From assembly GCA_039208735.1 (NCBI GenBank), contig JBCCQY010000001.1, positions 96,001 to 160,000 of the forward strand: 64,000 nt of DNA, written 5' to 3'. Positions 1 through 9,655 of the stretch are shown piece by piece. Position 1 is the first letter of the stretch, and every line of letters begins with the position of its first letter. Source of the DNA: Myxococcota bacterium. Lineage in GTDB: Bacteria; Myxococcota_A; UBA796; GCA-2862545. A program made the translations under genes and the position numbers. The notes beneath the pieces are model-generated. The model saw only the letters and a program-made list of their open reading frames with translations. It was not told the DNA's origin and searched no databases.

Positions 1-1
1 C

Positions 2-2002
2 GAACGGAGCCTCGACCTCGATCTATTGGCGGCGCTCCTCGCTCGTCATCCGCATCTGGTGGCGATGTCCGCCACCATGGACGGCGATCGGGTCGCCGCG
101 CACTTTGGGGGGCAGCACCTAAGCGCTGAGGGCCGCACCCATCCGGTCGACATCGTGCATCCGGATCGGCAACCGCCGGTGCCCGAACTCGATGGACTGC
201 CCGAACGGGTTCGGACCGCCATCGAGCAGGCGCCCGAAGAGGGAGATGTCCTGGTCTTTTTGCCGGGAAAGGGAGAGATCCTTCGGTGTGAGCAGGCGTT
301 GCAGAAGCTGCCTGTCGACGTCCGCCCGCTGCACGGGGGGCTCGCGCTTTCGGCCCAAGCCAAGGTGTTTGAACCGAGCGCCCGCCGGAAGGTGGTACTT
401 GCCACCAATGTGGCCGAGACCTCGCTGACCGTGCCGGGGATTCGGGTGGTCATCGACAGTGGGCTCGAACGTCGAGCCCGCTACCACGATGGTCGCGGTG
501 TGTTGACGTTGCTGGCGATTGGCGCAGACGCCGCCGACCAGCGGGCCGGTCGTGCAGGACGGATGGCTCCCGGCACGGCGATTCGGTTGTGGAGGGCGGG
601 CACCCGGTTGGTCACCGCAACCCCCCCGGCCATCCATCGCGAGTCGCTCGTCCCGTTGGTGCTGGGAGCGGCGGCGTGCGGGGCTCCCAAGCTCGATCTG
701 CCCTGGCTCGATCCGCCCAAGGACCATGCGATCGAGGCGGCTCGGGCTACGCTGCGGGGGCTTGGCGCGCTCGATGAGGACCAGGGCCTGACCGAAGTGG
801 GGGCCACGCTGTTTGGGCTGCCCCTCGATCCCGCGCCCGGTCGGCTCCTCGTGGAAGCCAAAGCCGCAGGTCCTAAGGCTCTGGCCGACGCCATCGATCT
901 GGTGGCCGCGTTGTCGGTGCGACGTCCCCTCTTCGGGCCGCAACGCCCTCGCGACCCCGACGACGACTTGCGGCGCCCGATTCCGTGGCCCGGACACGAT
1001 CTGTCGGGGCTCGAGTTGGATGGAGCGTCGGGATGCGACGCCACGGCGTTGGTTCGGGCGGTGCGCGAGGGGGAACCGCGACGGCATGAGCTGGACGGGC
1101 TCGCGCTACAAGAGGCGCGAACGGCCGCCAATCGACTCCGCGAGGCATTCGGACTCAAGGAGCCTCGACCGGCCTTCGATCGTCCGGGCCTGGCGCGGCG
1201 GCTGCTTGTGGCATGGCCCGGGGTGGCTCATGTTGCCCGACGACGCAAACGCGAAGTTGCTTGGAGCAATGGGGGGACCGAGCTGCGATTGGCCAAGCGG
1301 TCGGCGGTCGATGAGTCTGAGCCTGACGCGGTGCTGGTCCTCGACGTTCGAGCGGTCGCAAGGCACCGGTTGGAGCAGCAGCTTTGGTGTTCGGCGGCCA
1401 TGCCCGTGCCGCTTGCGTGGCTTCGGGCGGCGGGACTGGGCCGGGATCGGCTGGCCGGGTGCAGCGTCCAGAAGGGCCAAGCGGTCGCGAACCTAGAACG
1501 CGTCTATGCCGGTAAGGTGCTGGATCGGACGACGTCGGTGCCCGAGGGTGCGGTTGCCCGACAAGCCGTGGCCGAGCTGTTTGTCCGCGGTACGATCTTC
1601 AACGTCCGGGAAGCGAGACGCCGGGTGGAGGCGCGTGCGTTGTGGGCTCGGTTGAACGACGAAGCCTTGCCCCCTCCGCTCGAGGATTGGGTTGCGGCCA
1701 AGCTCGAAGATCTTGGCGTGGAGTCCGGCGCGGATCTGGTGTTGCTGAGCGAAGACGACCTGCTGCCCGACGCACTTCCCGCATGGGAGCAGGAGCGCCT
1801 CGATAAGGACTTTCCCCGGGAACTCGACATTGGAGATGCGAAGTACACGATCGAGTACCACCCCGCTCGCATGCTCATGGAGTTGCACAAGACATCGGGC
1901 AAGCGGAAGGCCCTTCCCCCCGCGAGCTATGTGCCCAAAGTCCCGGGTTGGCGGATCGATGTGATCGACAAGAAGGTACGTCGAACCTTGCGTGGCCGCT
2001 GA
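2..2002 (+). CDS. hrpB: ATP-dependent RNA helicase HrpB-like (5' truncated by window edge)
   Basis: Frame open from base 2 (ERSLDLD, the tail of DEAH motif II); MSAT, VFLPG, ATNVAETSLT and QRAGRAGR helicase motifs; HA2-like region. Confidence 0.85.
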   Translation, partial: ERSLDLDLLAALLARHPHLVAMSATMDGDRVAAHFGGQHLSAEGRTHPVDIVHPDRQPPVPELDGLPERVRTAIEQAPEEGDVLVFLPGKGEILRCEQALQKLPVDVRPLHGGLALSAQAKVFEPSARRKVVLATNVAETSLTVPGIRVVIDSGLERRARYHDGRGVLTLLAIGADAADQRAGRAGRMAPGTAIRLWRAGTRLVTATPPAIHRESLVPLVLGAAACGAPKLDLPWLDPPKDHAIEAARATLRGLGALDEDQGLTEVGATLFGLPLDPAPGRLLVEAKAAGPKALADAIDLVAALSVRRPLFGPQRPRDPDDDLRRPIPWPGHDLSGLELDGASGCDATALVRAVREGEPRRHELDGLALQEARTAANRLREAFGLKEPRPAFDRPGLARRLLVAWPGVAHVARRRKREVAWSNGGTELRLAKRSAVDESEPDAVLVLDVRAVARHRLEQQLWCSAAMPVPLAWLRAAGLGRDRLAGCSVQKGQAVANLERVYAGKVLDRTTSVPEGAVARQAVAELFVRGTIFNVREARRRVEARALWARLNDEALPPPLEDWVAAKLEDLGVESGADLVLLSEDDLLPDALPAWEQERLDKDFPRELDIGDAKYTIEYHPARMLMELHKTSGKRKALPPASYVPKVPGWRIDVIDKKVRRTLRGR

Positions 2003-2063
2003 GTGCAATAGCCATCGCCTCTCGATCGTATCGGGCCGCCGGTGCACGCCAGTCGGAGGAGTG

Positions 2064-2759
2064 GTGAATACGGTTCGATGGCTGCTGGGGTTGGGACTTC
2101 TTACTTCATGTCTTGGGGGACGTGCGCCTGACTTCACGTTGCCGAAAGTGTCAGGCTCCGAGGTGACCCTTTCCGAGAAGGGCGATGACATCGTCGTGCT
2201 GAACTTCTGGTTCACGTCGTGCGCACCCTGCCGGGCCGAGATTCCGGCTCTCTCGGCGTTCGCAAGGGCGAACCCGCATGTTCGACTGTACGGATTGTCG
2301 GTCGACAAGCTGACGCCGGAGCAGCTGGGCATCGCGTCGCAGCGCCTGGGCATCCACTACCCGGTGCTGCACGATGCCTACGGGCGGGTCGCCCGCAAGT
2401 ACGGGGTGAGCGCCTACCCTACGACCTTCGTGGTCCGCAACATGCAGATTGTCGACAGCCATCGCGGTGCAATCCGCCGAGACCAGCTCGAGGCCATGGT
2501 TCAAGCGGCCGGGCAATCGTCCATTGCGGTCGAAGATCCCCTTTCCATCGGCGAAGATCCGTTTCAGGGCTACGGTCGGGTGGGCGACGATGGTGTGTAT
2601 CGCCGGTCTCACTCGCCGACGGCTCGTCCGAAGGCATCGGGAGGGTTCCTGATGCCGTTTGGACTAGCGTGCCTCGCGGGTACCGCCGTCTTTGTCGTTG
2701 GGGCCATGGTCGCGTACCGCGTTTGGCAGGTCCCCGAAGACGAGGCCAAAGAAGGGTAG
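2064..2759 (+). CDS. TlpA/ResA-family thioredoxin-like lipoprotein with C-terminal TM helix
   Basis: APDFTL...LNFWFTSCAPCRAEIP (CxxC), YPTT cis-Pro motif; lipobox LTSC; GGAGGA before GTG; start approximate. Confidence 0.85.
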   Translation: MNTVRWLLGLGLLTSCLGGRAPDFTLPKVSGSEVTLSEKGDDIVVLNFWFTSCAPCRAEIPALSAFARANPHVRLYGLSVDKLTPEQLGIASQRLGIHYPVLHDAYGRVARKYGVSAYPTTFVVRNMQIVDSHRGAIRRDQLEAMVQAAGQSSIAVEDPLSIGEDPFQGYGRVGDDGVYRRSHSPTARPKASGGFLMPFGLACLAGTAVFVVGAMVAYRVWQVPEDEAKEG

Positions 2760-2815
2760 GTGACCGCAAAGCGTTCATGCCATGGTGGAAGCCTGATCAC
2801 AGAGGTGGAGGACCC

Positions 2816-3223
2816 ATGGTGCGCTGGTGGATGGCAGGAATTGCGCTGGGGTGCGGTGGGGCAGCGGGGCCGAGCGCAAACGACACCGAACCCGAAGGAG
2901 AACCGGTCGACATCTGTGAGGGCGTGCGGATGTTCGATGTTGCCTCGTTGTCTTGTGATGCCATGCGCGGGGCGTATGACGGCCTTCTGAGCAGTGCGTC
3001 CAACTGTGTGACCGATGAGGATTGCCAGGCGCTCCGAAGTGGTTGCGAAGTTCTGCTCATCAATGCGTGCTACCGCGCTGCAAACACCTGCATCGACCAA
3101 GGGGATTTACAGCCGATCATCAATGCTTGGGGGGCGTGTCGGGGGGGTATGGAAGCCTGTCCAGACTGCGGCACCCCGCGCGTGTTCTGCGACGATGGAA
3201 CCTGCCAAGTCGATGAAAGCTGA
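2816..3223 (+). CDS. Cys-rich putative lipoprotein
   Basis: MVRWWMAGIALGC signal/lipobox followed by many Cys; GGAGG RBS; 3' part of track ORF 2219..3223. Confidence 0.7.
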   Translation: MVRWWMAGIALGCGGAAGPSANDTEPEGEPVDICEGVRMFDVASLSCDAMRGAYDGLLSSASNCVTDEDCQALRSGCEVLLINACYRAANTCIDQGDLQPIINAWGACRGGMEACPDCGTPRVFCDDGTCQVDES

Positions 3224-3725
3224 TTCAGATCTGATCAAGATTCTCCTTGAGAATCAGGGGGAGGATTCCGAGACCACGTGGGCGGAGGATCTGGGTCCAG
3301 TAGGGACCGAGGGGGCTCGACGCGTGCGTCTGTGCAATGTGCCGTTCTTGCACTCCAGGCCGACGCATAGCGATGAACTGATCGTGGCTCCAGGAATCGA
3401 TGGCATGCTGACCTGGGACCGGGCTGGGGTGCCGTGGGAGCGCATCGACGAACGCATCGAACGCGATGGAGGCAAGTACGCGATGATCGTGGACTACGCC
3501 CCCCATGAGGGCGTTGATTCGGCCGAAGTGTTTGCCGGTCTCGATCAAGCCGCGACAAGCCACCAGGCTGTCGCCGAGGGATGCTATGGGCCGCGAGGCG
3601 AACGTCCCGGGCGGATCTACCTCGCCGTCCCCGAAGAGCGGCCGGTCGAGGCGATGATGGAAGCCTTGACCGCGGCCAAGGTGCAGGCACGACTCATCCT
3701 TGTGCACCCTCTGGACGAACCGTGA
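3213..3725 (+). CDS. DUF4265-like hypothetical protein
   Basis: ETTWAE...RLCNVPF...DEL pattern resembles DUF4265; overlaps upstream stop. Confidence 0.6.
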   Translation: MKADSDLIKILLENQGEDSETTWAEDLGPVGTEGARRVRLCNVPFLHSRPTHSDELIVAPGIDGMLTWDRAGVPWERIDERIERDGGKYAMIVDYAPHEGVDSAEVFAGLDQAATSHQAVAEGCYGPRGERPGRIYLAVPEERPVEAMMEALTAAKVQARLILVHPLDEP

Positions 3726-3740
3726 GTCGCTTGAGGCCGA

Positions 3741-4295
3741 TTACCGGCCCTCGTCCACTGAAACCGATGCAGTGATTTGGCCGAGCATCGCGATTCGAGC
3801 TTGGACGTCGGCGTGGGTCATCCCGCCCTGTTGTCGGACTTCGCACGCCTGTTCGACGGCATCCATGACGGCTCCCGCCACCTCGACCGAAGGGACGGCG
3901 ATCCGCACGTGTCCCTTGAGGAGGCCTCGGGTTTTCACGAGGGTGAGTTCCCGGCCTCGCGTGTGCAGGGGGTGGGCCTGGAGTTCATCGAAGGTCCAAT
4001 GGATGGATGTCCCCTGTGAGGGCGCCTGGAGCAGGGTTTGCGTTGTGACCTCGGGACCCACCACATCGTAGACAAGCCCTCGCACCGAAAGGCGAAGCCG
4101 CTGGTACCGAAGTTGACCACTCGGTAGAACACAGGGAAAGGCCCAGGTTCGCTCGCTGTGGCCAAAGGCTTCGAGGGGAGCGGATGCCAAGAAGGCACGG
4201 CGTGACACCCGAAGCGGCGGATCGACGAAGCCGATCAAGAAGTACAACATCAGCGCCCCGAATCCGATCAAAAACGGCCACAGCCATTCCGCCAA
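3741..4295 (-). CDS. hypothetical membrane-anchored protein
   Basis: N-terminal hydrophobic helix; fills the gap between flanking genes. Confidence 0.55.
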   Translation of the reverse strand: MAEWLWPFLIGFGALMLYFLIGFVDPPLRVSRRAFLASAPLEAFGHSERTWAFPCVLPSGQLRYQRLRLSVRGLVYDVVGPEVTTQTLLQAPSQGTSIHWTFDELQAHPLHTRGRELTLVKTRGLLKGHVRIAVPSVEVAGAVMDAVEQACEVRQQGGMTHADVQARIAMLGQITASVSVDEGR

Positions 4296-4370
4296 TCCTG
4301 CCCCCGGCCCCAGGAGAAACGCCAGACGTCTGGTTTAAGCGTATTCCCGGTTGGCGAACCGAGCGACCGA

Positions 4371-4397
4371 TGTCCGCTTCTTGGAACCTCGTTCGTC
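4371..4397 (+). promoter_or_regulatory. candidate ECF-sigma promoter of caspase operon
   Basis: TGTCCG-N17-CGTC ending 28 bp upstream of the caspase start; CGTC is a common ECF -10 element. Confidence 0.4.
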
Positions 4398-4424
4398 TAG
4401 GGTGCAAAGACACAGGAGGCCGAT

Positions 4425-6305
4425 GTGTGGGGGGTACTCTGGACGCTGGCGGCGCATGCCGCGGCGCCTGTCGGGGGAGAGCTTTCCGACCGGGCGGCCG
4501 TCGTGGTGGGGTCGAATCGACCCATGCCGGGGACTGCTCCCTTGCGCTACGCGCACGATGACGCTCGGGCCGTGGAACGCACATTGATCGATGTGGGGGG
4601 ATTCCAGCCCAGCGAGGTGGTGCGGCTGCTCGATCCTTCGGCTGACGAGGTGCGGCAGGCCCTCACTCGGTTTGGGGATCGGAAAACGCTCTGGTTCTAC
4701 TACTCGGGGCACGCCGATGCGGCGGCGCTGTACCCTGCAGGCGAACGGTTGCCGCTCGCCGATGTGCGCGCGGAGCTGTCACGCCACGAAGACGGCGTGC
4801 GAATCGGGGTGGTCGATGCCTGTGGAGGTGGGGGTTGGACCAACACCAAGTGCTTCGTTGCCGAGCCTCCAGGATTCGCGATTCCCGATCCGCCCGCGGG
4901 CGAGGGTCACGCATGGATTGCCTCGACCTCGGGAAGCCAGAAGGCGCACGAAGTCGCCTCATTGGGCGGGTCGCTGTTCACCCACCACTTCGTGAGTGGC
5001 CTGCGCGGTGCCGCCGATACTTCGGGCGAAGGCACCATCACCCTCAACGAAGCGTTTGAATACGCAAAAGCGCGCACCACCGAAGATGCCGCGACCCAGA
5101 TCCAGGCCCTGCAGACCCCGTCGTTTCAGGTCGACTTCCGCGGGCGCCGCGACATGGTGTTGACGGATCTCGAGCATGCTCCCGCCCGAATGCGGATCGT
5201 GCAGGACCAAGGGCCGATCCAAGTGGTGAGCCTGCAGACCGGTTTGGTGTTGCTCGAACTCGACAAAGGGCCGCGCAACGTCCAGCTCGCGCTTCCGCCG
5301 GGTCGCTATGCGGTGCGAGTGGTCGAGGGGGACGCCCTTCGTTCAAAGACGTTGGTGTTGCGCGCCGGTGATGCCGTGGTGGTCGCAGAAGGTGACCTGG
5401 TCGCAGGACCTGCCTTGGCCTTGAACGCAAAGGGGCCACAGCGCCGCATTCCCTACGATGAGGGGATGCTCGACCGAGGGATGGTGGAAGTCGCGCTCCG
5501 CACGTCGGACCATCAGCTACACAATGGAATTCTCGACGTCACCGTGGCGTTTCTGCCCCGCTTGACCGTCAGGCTCATGCCCGTGCTGGAACGCTTTCAT
5601 GTGTCGTGGGCGGTCAGTGATCGGGTCCAGGTCAGCCTGCCCGGGTGGGTCACCTGGCGGGTCAACCGGGGAGCATCCGCTGAGACCTTGGTTTGGGGCG
5701 GGGCCAAGCGGCTCGCTTATCTTGGTAACCAAATCGAGGGCGTCGACCCAGACGAGGTGTACGTCAGCCGGGACTGGGCGGTGAGCCCGGAACTCGGGGT
5801 GCTCCGCCGATGGCCCTTGGATGAGGTGCGCACGCTTGATCTGAGTGTGTTCGCGAGGACTGACCTTGTGTATCGGGGAACGGGATCCGGCACGTGGATT
5901 CCCGGCGCTGGGCAAACCCCGAGGGGCTGGCGTGAGGGAGCGGTGAACCTCACTGGCCAATTCGTCCTCCAGCGTCGATTGGGGCGGTTCGTTACCCTCA
6001 ATCTAGGTGTGGCCGTGTTCACGGGCCTTGCGTATGACCCACCTTCCGTGCGGGACGACCTCGAAAGTTCCTTCTTCAGAGAACAGCCGTACGTTGGACT
6101 AGGAACGCCGTACCAGCGAGCCGGTCGCTTTGCTCCCCTCGTGGCATTGCACATGACAAGAGACCTTCACCTGGGCCTCGATCCCGGATTGGGGGTCTTG
6201 GTTGGAGACCTCCCCAACACCCGCAGGCCACTCTGGATGTCATTGGGGGCCGGGTTTCGGATGCTCTACATCACGCCCACCGCGCTGTTGTCGTTCACCC
6301 GGTGA
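4425..6305 (+). CDS. exported caspase-family (peptidase C14) protein with long C-terminal extension
   Basis: Signal peptide; LRYAHDDA, YYSGHA (catalytic His), VVDAC (catalytic Cys), SLFTHHFVSGLRGAAD; AGGAGG RBS. Confidence 0.9.
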   Translation: MWGVLWTLAAHAAAPVGGELSDRAAVVVGSNRPMPGTAPLRYAHDDARAVERTLIDVGGFQPSEVVRLLDPSADEVRQALTRFGDRKTLWFYYSGHADAAALYPAGERLPLADVRAELSRHEDGVRIGVVDACGGGGWTNTKCFVAEPPGFAIPDPPAGEGHAWIASTSGSQKAHEVASLGGSLFTHHFVSGLRGAADTSGEGTITLNEAFEYAKARTTEDAATQIQALQTPSFQVDFRGRRDMVLTDLEHAPARMRIVQDQGPIQVVSLQTGLVLLELDKGPRNVQLALPPGRYAVRVVEGDALRSKTLVLRAGDAVVVAEGDLVAGPALALNAKGPQRRIPYDEGMLDRGMVEVALRTSDHQLHNGILDVTVAFLPRLTVRLMPVLERFHVSWAVSDRVQVSLPGWVTWRVNRGASAETLVWGGAKRLAYLGNQIEGVDPDEVYVSRDWAVSPELGVLRRWPLDEVRTLDLSVFARTDLVYRGTGSGTWIPGAGQTPRGWREGAVNLTGQFVLQRRLGRFVTLNLGVAVFTGLAYDPPSVRDDLESSFFREQPYVGLGTPYQRAGRFAPLVALHMTRDLHLGLDPGLGVLVGDLPNTRRPLWMSLGAGFRMLYITPTALLSFTR

Positions 6306-6751
6306 CGCATGATGAAGCCTACCGACGCTACTTTCCCATCATACGCACCAAGGTGTTCCGCATCTTGGGCTCGGGAGCGCAGGCCGAGGAAGTCGCCCAA
6401 GAGACGTTTCTGCGGTTTTGGCGAGAGGGACCGCGCGACGCCTCGATCGCCACGACAACGGCCTGGCTTTACCGAACGGCTACCCGCATGGCCATCGATG
6501 CGGTGCGACGACATTCTCTCGCCCTTCGCCATCGCACCCTGGGGGACGTCGTGACGCCGCCCACAGGGTTGCATGGACTTCAGCTCGACGAACTCGTGAA
6601 GCACGTGGAGCCTCGTTCGCTCGAAGCCGCGCTCCTGCATCGGGTCGATGGCCTGTCGCAGGCCGAGGTTGCCGAGGTCCTCGGCATTACCACCCGGTCG
6701 GTGCGTCGATTGCTCACCCGATTCGATGAAATGACGTTGGAAATTCGATGA
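6302..6751 (+). CDS. ECF sigma-70 factor
   Basis: AEEVAQETFLR...WLYRTATRMAID (region 2); GLSQAEVAEVLGITTRSVRR (region 4); GTGA overlap with caspase. Confidence 0.9.
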   Translation: MTHDEAYRRYFPIIRTKVFRILGSGAQAEEVAQETFLRFWREGPRDASIATTTAWLYRTATRMAIDAVRRHSLALRHRTLGDVVTPPTGLHGLQLDELVKHVEPRSLEAALLHRVDGLSQAEVAEVLGITTRSVRRLLTRFDEMTLEIR

Positions 6752-7332
6752 ACGTGCGTCCGGAAGAAAAGAGGCATCCCTCTCCGCTGGCTTTGGATCG
6801 CTATGCCCTGGGGCAGCATGATCCTGCCATCGAGGAGCACGTTGCGACCTGTGTGGTTTGCCGGCGTCATCTCGCGCAGGTGATGGCCGACCCTGGGCCG
6901 GTGCCCGACGCCTGGCGTCCCCAACCCGTCCGTGGGTGGCCCAGATGGGCGCTCCCTGCGCTCGCCGTGGCAGCGGCCTTGGTCCTCATGCTTCAGACGA
7001 CCCCCACGCCCTACGTCGGGTCCAAGGGGATGGCGAACCCCCTGCCCACCGTGGCGGTCTGGATGGAGCGCGATGGGTCGGTCGCGCGCTGGGCTAACGC
7101 GCCGCTTCGACCGGGAGACGCGATTCGGCTTCAGGTCGAGCCTGGAGGGCACCGACATGTGGTCGTTCGATCGGGCTCGACGATGCTCTACGCGGGCGAT
7201 TTGAATGGTCTTACCGACCTGCCCATCAGCCTTCGGGTCGACGACGAGCCAGGTCCTGAGACCTTGACCGTCGAACTCACGGGAGGGGGGACTCCTTGGT
7301 CGACGACGTGGACGATGGACAAGCTTCGGTAA
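6748..7332 (+). CDS. zinc-finger (ZAS-type) anti-sigma factor with TM helix and extracytoplasmic domain
   Basis: HVATCVVC (HxxxCxxC), TM helix, YVGSKG, LRPGDAIRL; ATGA overlap with sigma. Confidence 0.8.
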   Translation: MNVRPEEKRHPSPLALDRYALGQHDPAIEEHVATCVVCRRHLAQVMADPGPVPDAWRPQPVRGWPRWALPALAVAAALVLMLQTTPTPYVGSKGMANPLPTVAVWMERDGSVARWANAPLRPGDAIRLQVEPGGHRHVVVRSGSTMLYAGDLNGLTDLPISLRVDDEPGPETLTVELTGGGTPWSTTWTMDKLR

Positions 7333-7340
7333 GCCGTGGC

Positions 7341-7835
7341 CTACACCTCGAGGCCATACCATAGCGCTAAACCTAGCTTTACGGACCATACGTATAACAC
7401 ACCGATGAACGTCATGGCCCAGCCGTCGCGGCCTCGGAGCCGTTGAACCACATACAGTGCCGAGGGGAGTGCCAAGAGGGTGGCCGGCCTTGCGGCGACG
7501 GACACGATGTGTTCGAGGTCGGTACTCCCGAGCCCGACGACGATGCACGTAGCGGTGGCGGCCAAGAGAAGAGGCCCAGCCAAGAGCGCGGCGGAAGGAT
7601 GGAGGCGCCAGAGGGCTCGCGCAAGGACCCGAAAAATGGGGCTTAGCAGCAACGCCAACAAGGTGGCGGCTCCACCGTAGACGAGGTCGACGTCCAGAAA
7701 ATCCCAGGGTGTGAGGATTCCGCACGTCATCACGTTCCGCGAGACCGGGCGCGGGTACCCGGTGAAACAGCTCAGCAAGCGTATGACTGTGCGCCCCACA
7801 CCAAATGCCAGGAATGCCCCGAGGCTCAGCTGCAT
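7341..7835 (-). CDS. hypothetical multi-pass membrane protein
   Basis: 4-5 hydrophobic segments; start uncertain (up to 7880). Confidence 0.6.
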   Translation of the reverse strand: MQLSLGAFLAFGVGRTVIRLLSCFTGYPRPVSRNVMTCGILTPWDFLDVDLVYGGAATLLALLLSPIFRVLARALWRLHPSAALLAGPLLLAATATCIVVGLGSTDLEHIVSVAARPATLLALPSALYVVQRLRGRDGWAMTFIGVLYVWSVKLGLALWYGLEV

Positions 7836-7991
7836 CGTCCAGGACCACCAGGGGCCAATGTTCAAGATTTTCGGACGCACTCAAGGCCACCCTGACCACA
7901 ACGTCGCCATCGGTCCGTGTGAGTGGCGCATATTCAGCCCACCACCGTTGGCGCAGGCCTTGCTTTGTCACAGGTGGAACGGAGGTGACGC

Positions 7992-8279
7992 GTGAACATG
8001 AGGCGATGGGGAGCCCTGGTTGGGCTCACGGCATTTGCGGCAGTGCTTGGGGTGGGCACCTCGATTCCCACCCCGGTCGGCGCTTGCTCGCCAGTTCCGT
8101 GTCCGACCGACCTGCGCGAAGCCATCCTCGAAGACGTCCAGCCGGCCCCCGGAAGCGATGTAGAAGGTCCGGTGCCCGAAGTTCCCGAGGTCATCATCCT
8201 CCAGGGGGACTTCGATGGCACGCCCGTCAGCGTGTGGAGCGATGTCTGGGCGTACTCGCTCACTCCGGAGGTGCCGTGA
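7992..8279 (+). CDS. small secreted hypothetical protein
   Basis: GGAGGTGA RBS; signal-like N-terminus. Confidence 0.65.
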   Translation: MNMRRWGALVGLTAFAAVLGVGTSIPTPVGACSPVPCPTDLREAILEDVQPAPGSDVEGPVPEVPEVIILQGDFDGTPVSVWSDVWAYSLTPEVP

Positions 8280-8518
8280 TGTTTTGGTTGCTCTCGCTAA
8301 CGGGATGCCTCTTCTTCCCTTGTGGCGGCCAAGGGCAGTGCCCGGAGATTGTGCGGATTCAGCCTGGGTCGTTCACGGGTGTGGCCTACGACGATCCCGA
8401 ACCTGACATCGGACTTGAGATCGACGCAGATGATGTGGTCATCCTGACGTTCGAGGATGAAGACGGGAATGCTTGGGTCGCGCGCTATCGGCTCAACCCG
8501 ATGGGCATTCCCGAGTGA
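8279..8518 (+). CDS. small putative lipoprotein
   Basis: MFWLLSLTGC lipobox; TGATG coupling; GGAGG RBS. Confidence 0.65.
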   Translation: MFWLLSLTGCLFFPCGGQGQCPEIVRIQPGSFTGVAYDDPEPDIGLEIDADDVVILTFEDEDGNAWVARYRLNPMGIPE

Positions 8519-8603
8519 GGTTCCATCGTGGTGAGGATCTCCGGAGCGATCGGACTCGGCTCCGAACGACTCGAAACGACTAAACCGAGGCGACGGAGGT
8601 CTT

Positions 8604-9443
8604 GTGATTGTCCTTACCGCGTTGTTGGCCTGCTCATCCAAAACGCCGGCACCCGAGGTCGTTGTCGACAACGACGCTGCAGCGGTGCCGAGCGCCCCTG
8701 TCGAGCCCGGTCTACTCACCGAAGAGGCCTTTGCCGCCCTGCATGAGCTGAAAGCGGAGGCTGCGCCTAAGGCCAAAGGCGAGTCCGTCACCATCGATGG
8801 CATGCAGGCCTATCTGGCCCTTCCCGAGGGGGCCGAAGGACCGGTTCCCGGCATCGTCGTAGTGCACGAATGGTGGGGGCTCAATGACCACATTCGCCAT
8901 TGGGCGGATCGCCTTGCGGCCTTGGGGTACGCCGCGGTTGCCGTAGACCTGTATGGAGGCACCGTAGCCACCACCCCCGACGCTGCCATGAAAGCGATGA
9001 AAGCGGTGAACGAGGAGGAAGCGCTCAAGAAGCTGCGGGCTGCGCATCAGTTCTTGGTCACGGAGCCCCGGGTTCAAGCGCCGAAAACGGGCTCCATCGG
9101 GTGGTGTTTTGGGGGTGGCTGGTCGTTGCGACTTGCCTTGGCCGAGACCGAGCTTGATGCAGCGGTGATGTACTACGGGCGGCTGGTTTCGGACGAAGCC
9201 CAGCTGCGCGAGCTGAAGGCCCCGCTCTTGGGCGTGTTTGGGGAACGCGATGGCGGGATTCCCGTCGCGGCGGTGCGGGCGTTTGAAACCCAGCTCGGTG
9301 ATCTCGACAAGGCGGTTGCGATTCACGTGTACGATGCAGACCACGCCTTCGCGAACCCGTCCTCCGCGCGCTACGATTCCGCCTCGGCGGGAGCTGCGTG
9401 GGAGAAGGTCCAGGCCTTCTTTGGCGAGCATCTCACACCATGA
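8604..9443 (+). CDS. dienelactone hydrolase family lipoprotein
   Basis: VHEWWGLN, GWCFGG nucleophile elbow, HAFANPS; lipobox LLAC. Confidence 0.92.
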   Translation: MIVLTALLACSSKTPAPEVVVDNDAAAVPSAPVEPGLLTEEAFAALHELKAEAAPKAKGESVTIDGMQAYLALPEGAEGPVPGIVVVHEWWGLNDHIRHWADRLAALGYAAVAVDLYGGTVATTPDAAMKAMKAVNEEEALKKLRAAHQFLVTEPRVQAPKTGSIGWCFGGGWSLRLALAETELDAAVMYYGRLVSDEAQLRELKAPLLGVFGERDGGIPVAAVRAFETQLGDLDKAVAIHVYDADHAFANPSSARYDSASAGAAWEKVQAFFGEHLTP

Positions 9444-9567
9444 CCCATTCAGACGTCACAAGAGGCCGCCGATGCGGAAGGCCTGGCGGCGCTGGGTTAG
9501 ACCTCAACTGTGAAGCTCACCCTTTCCACCCTCCGAATAGCGGCCCCCCGGCGTTGAGCCAGGGTAG

Positions 9568-9640
9568 GGGCCGGTAGCTCAGAGGTTAGAGCGGTGGTCT
9601 TATAAGCCATAGGTCATGGGTTCGATTCCCATCCGGCCTA
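9568..9640 (+). tRNA. tRNA-Ile (anticodon UAU), CCA not encoded
   Basis: Full cloverleaf: acceptor GGGCCGG/CCGGCCT+A73; D-arm GCTC/GAGC; anticodon arm GTGGT-CTTATAA-GCCAT (TAT at 9601-9603); T-arm ATGGG-TTCGATT-CCCAT. Confidence 0.9.
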
Positions 9641-9655
9641 TCCTGGCCACGCTTT

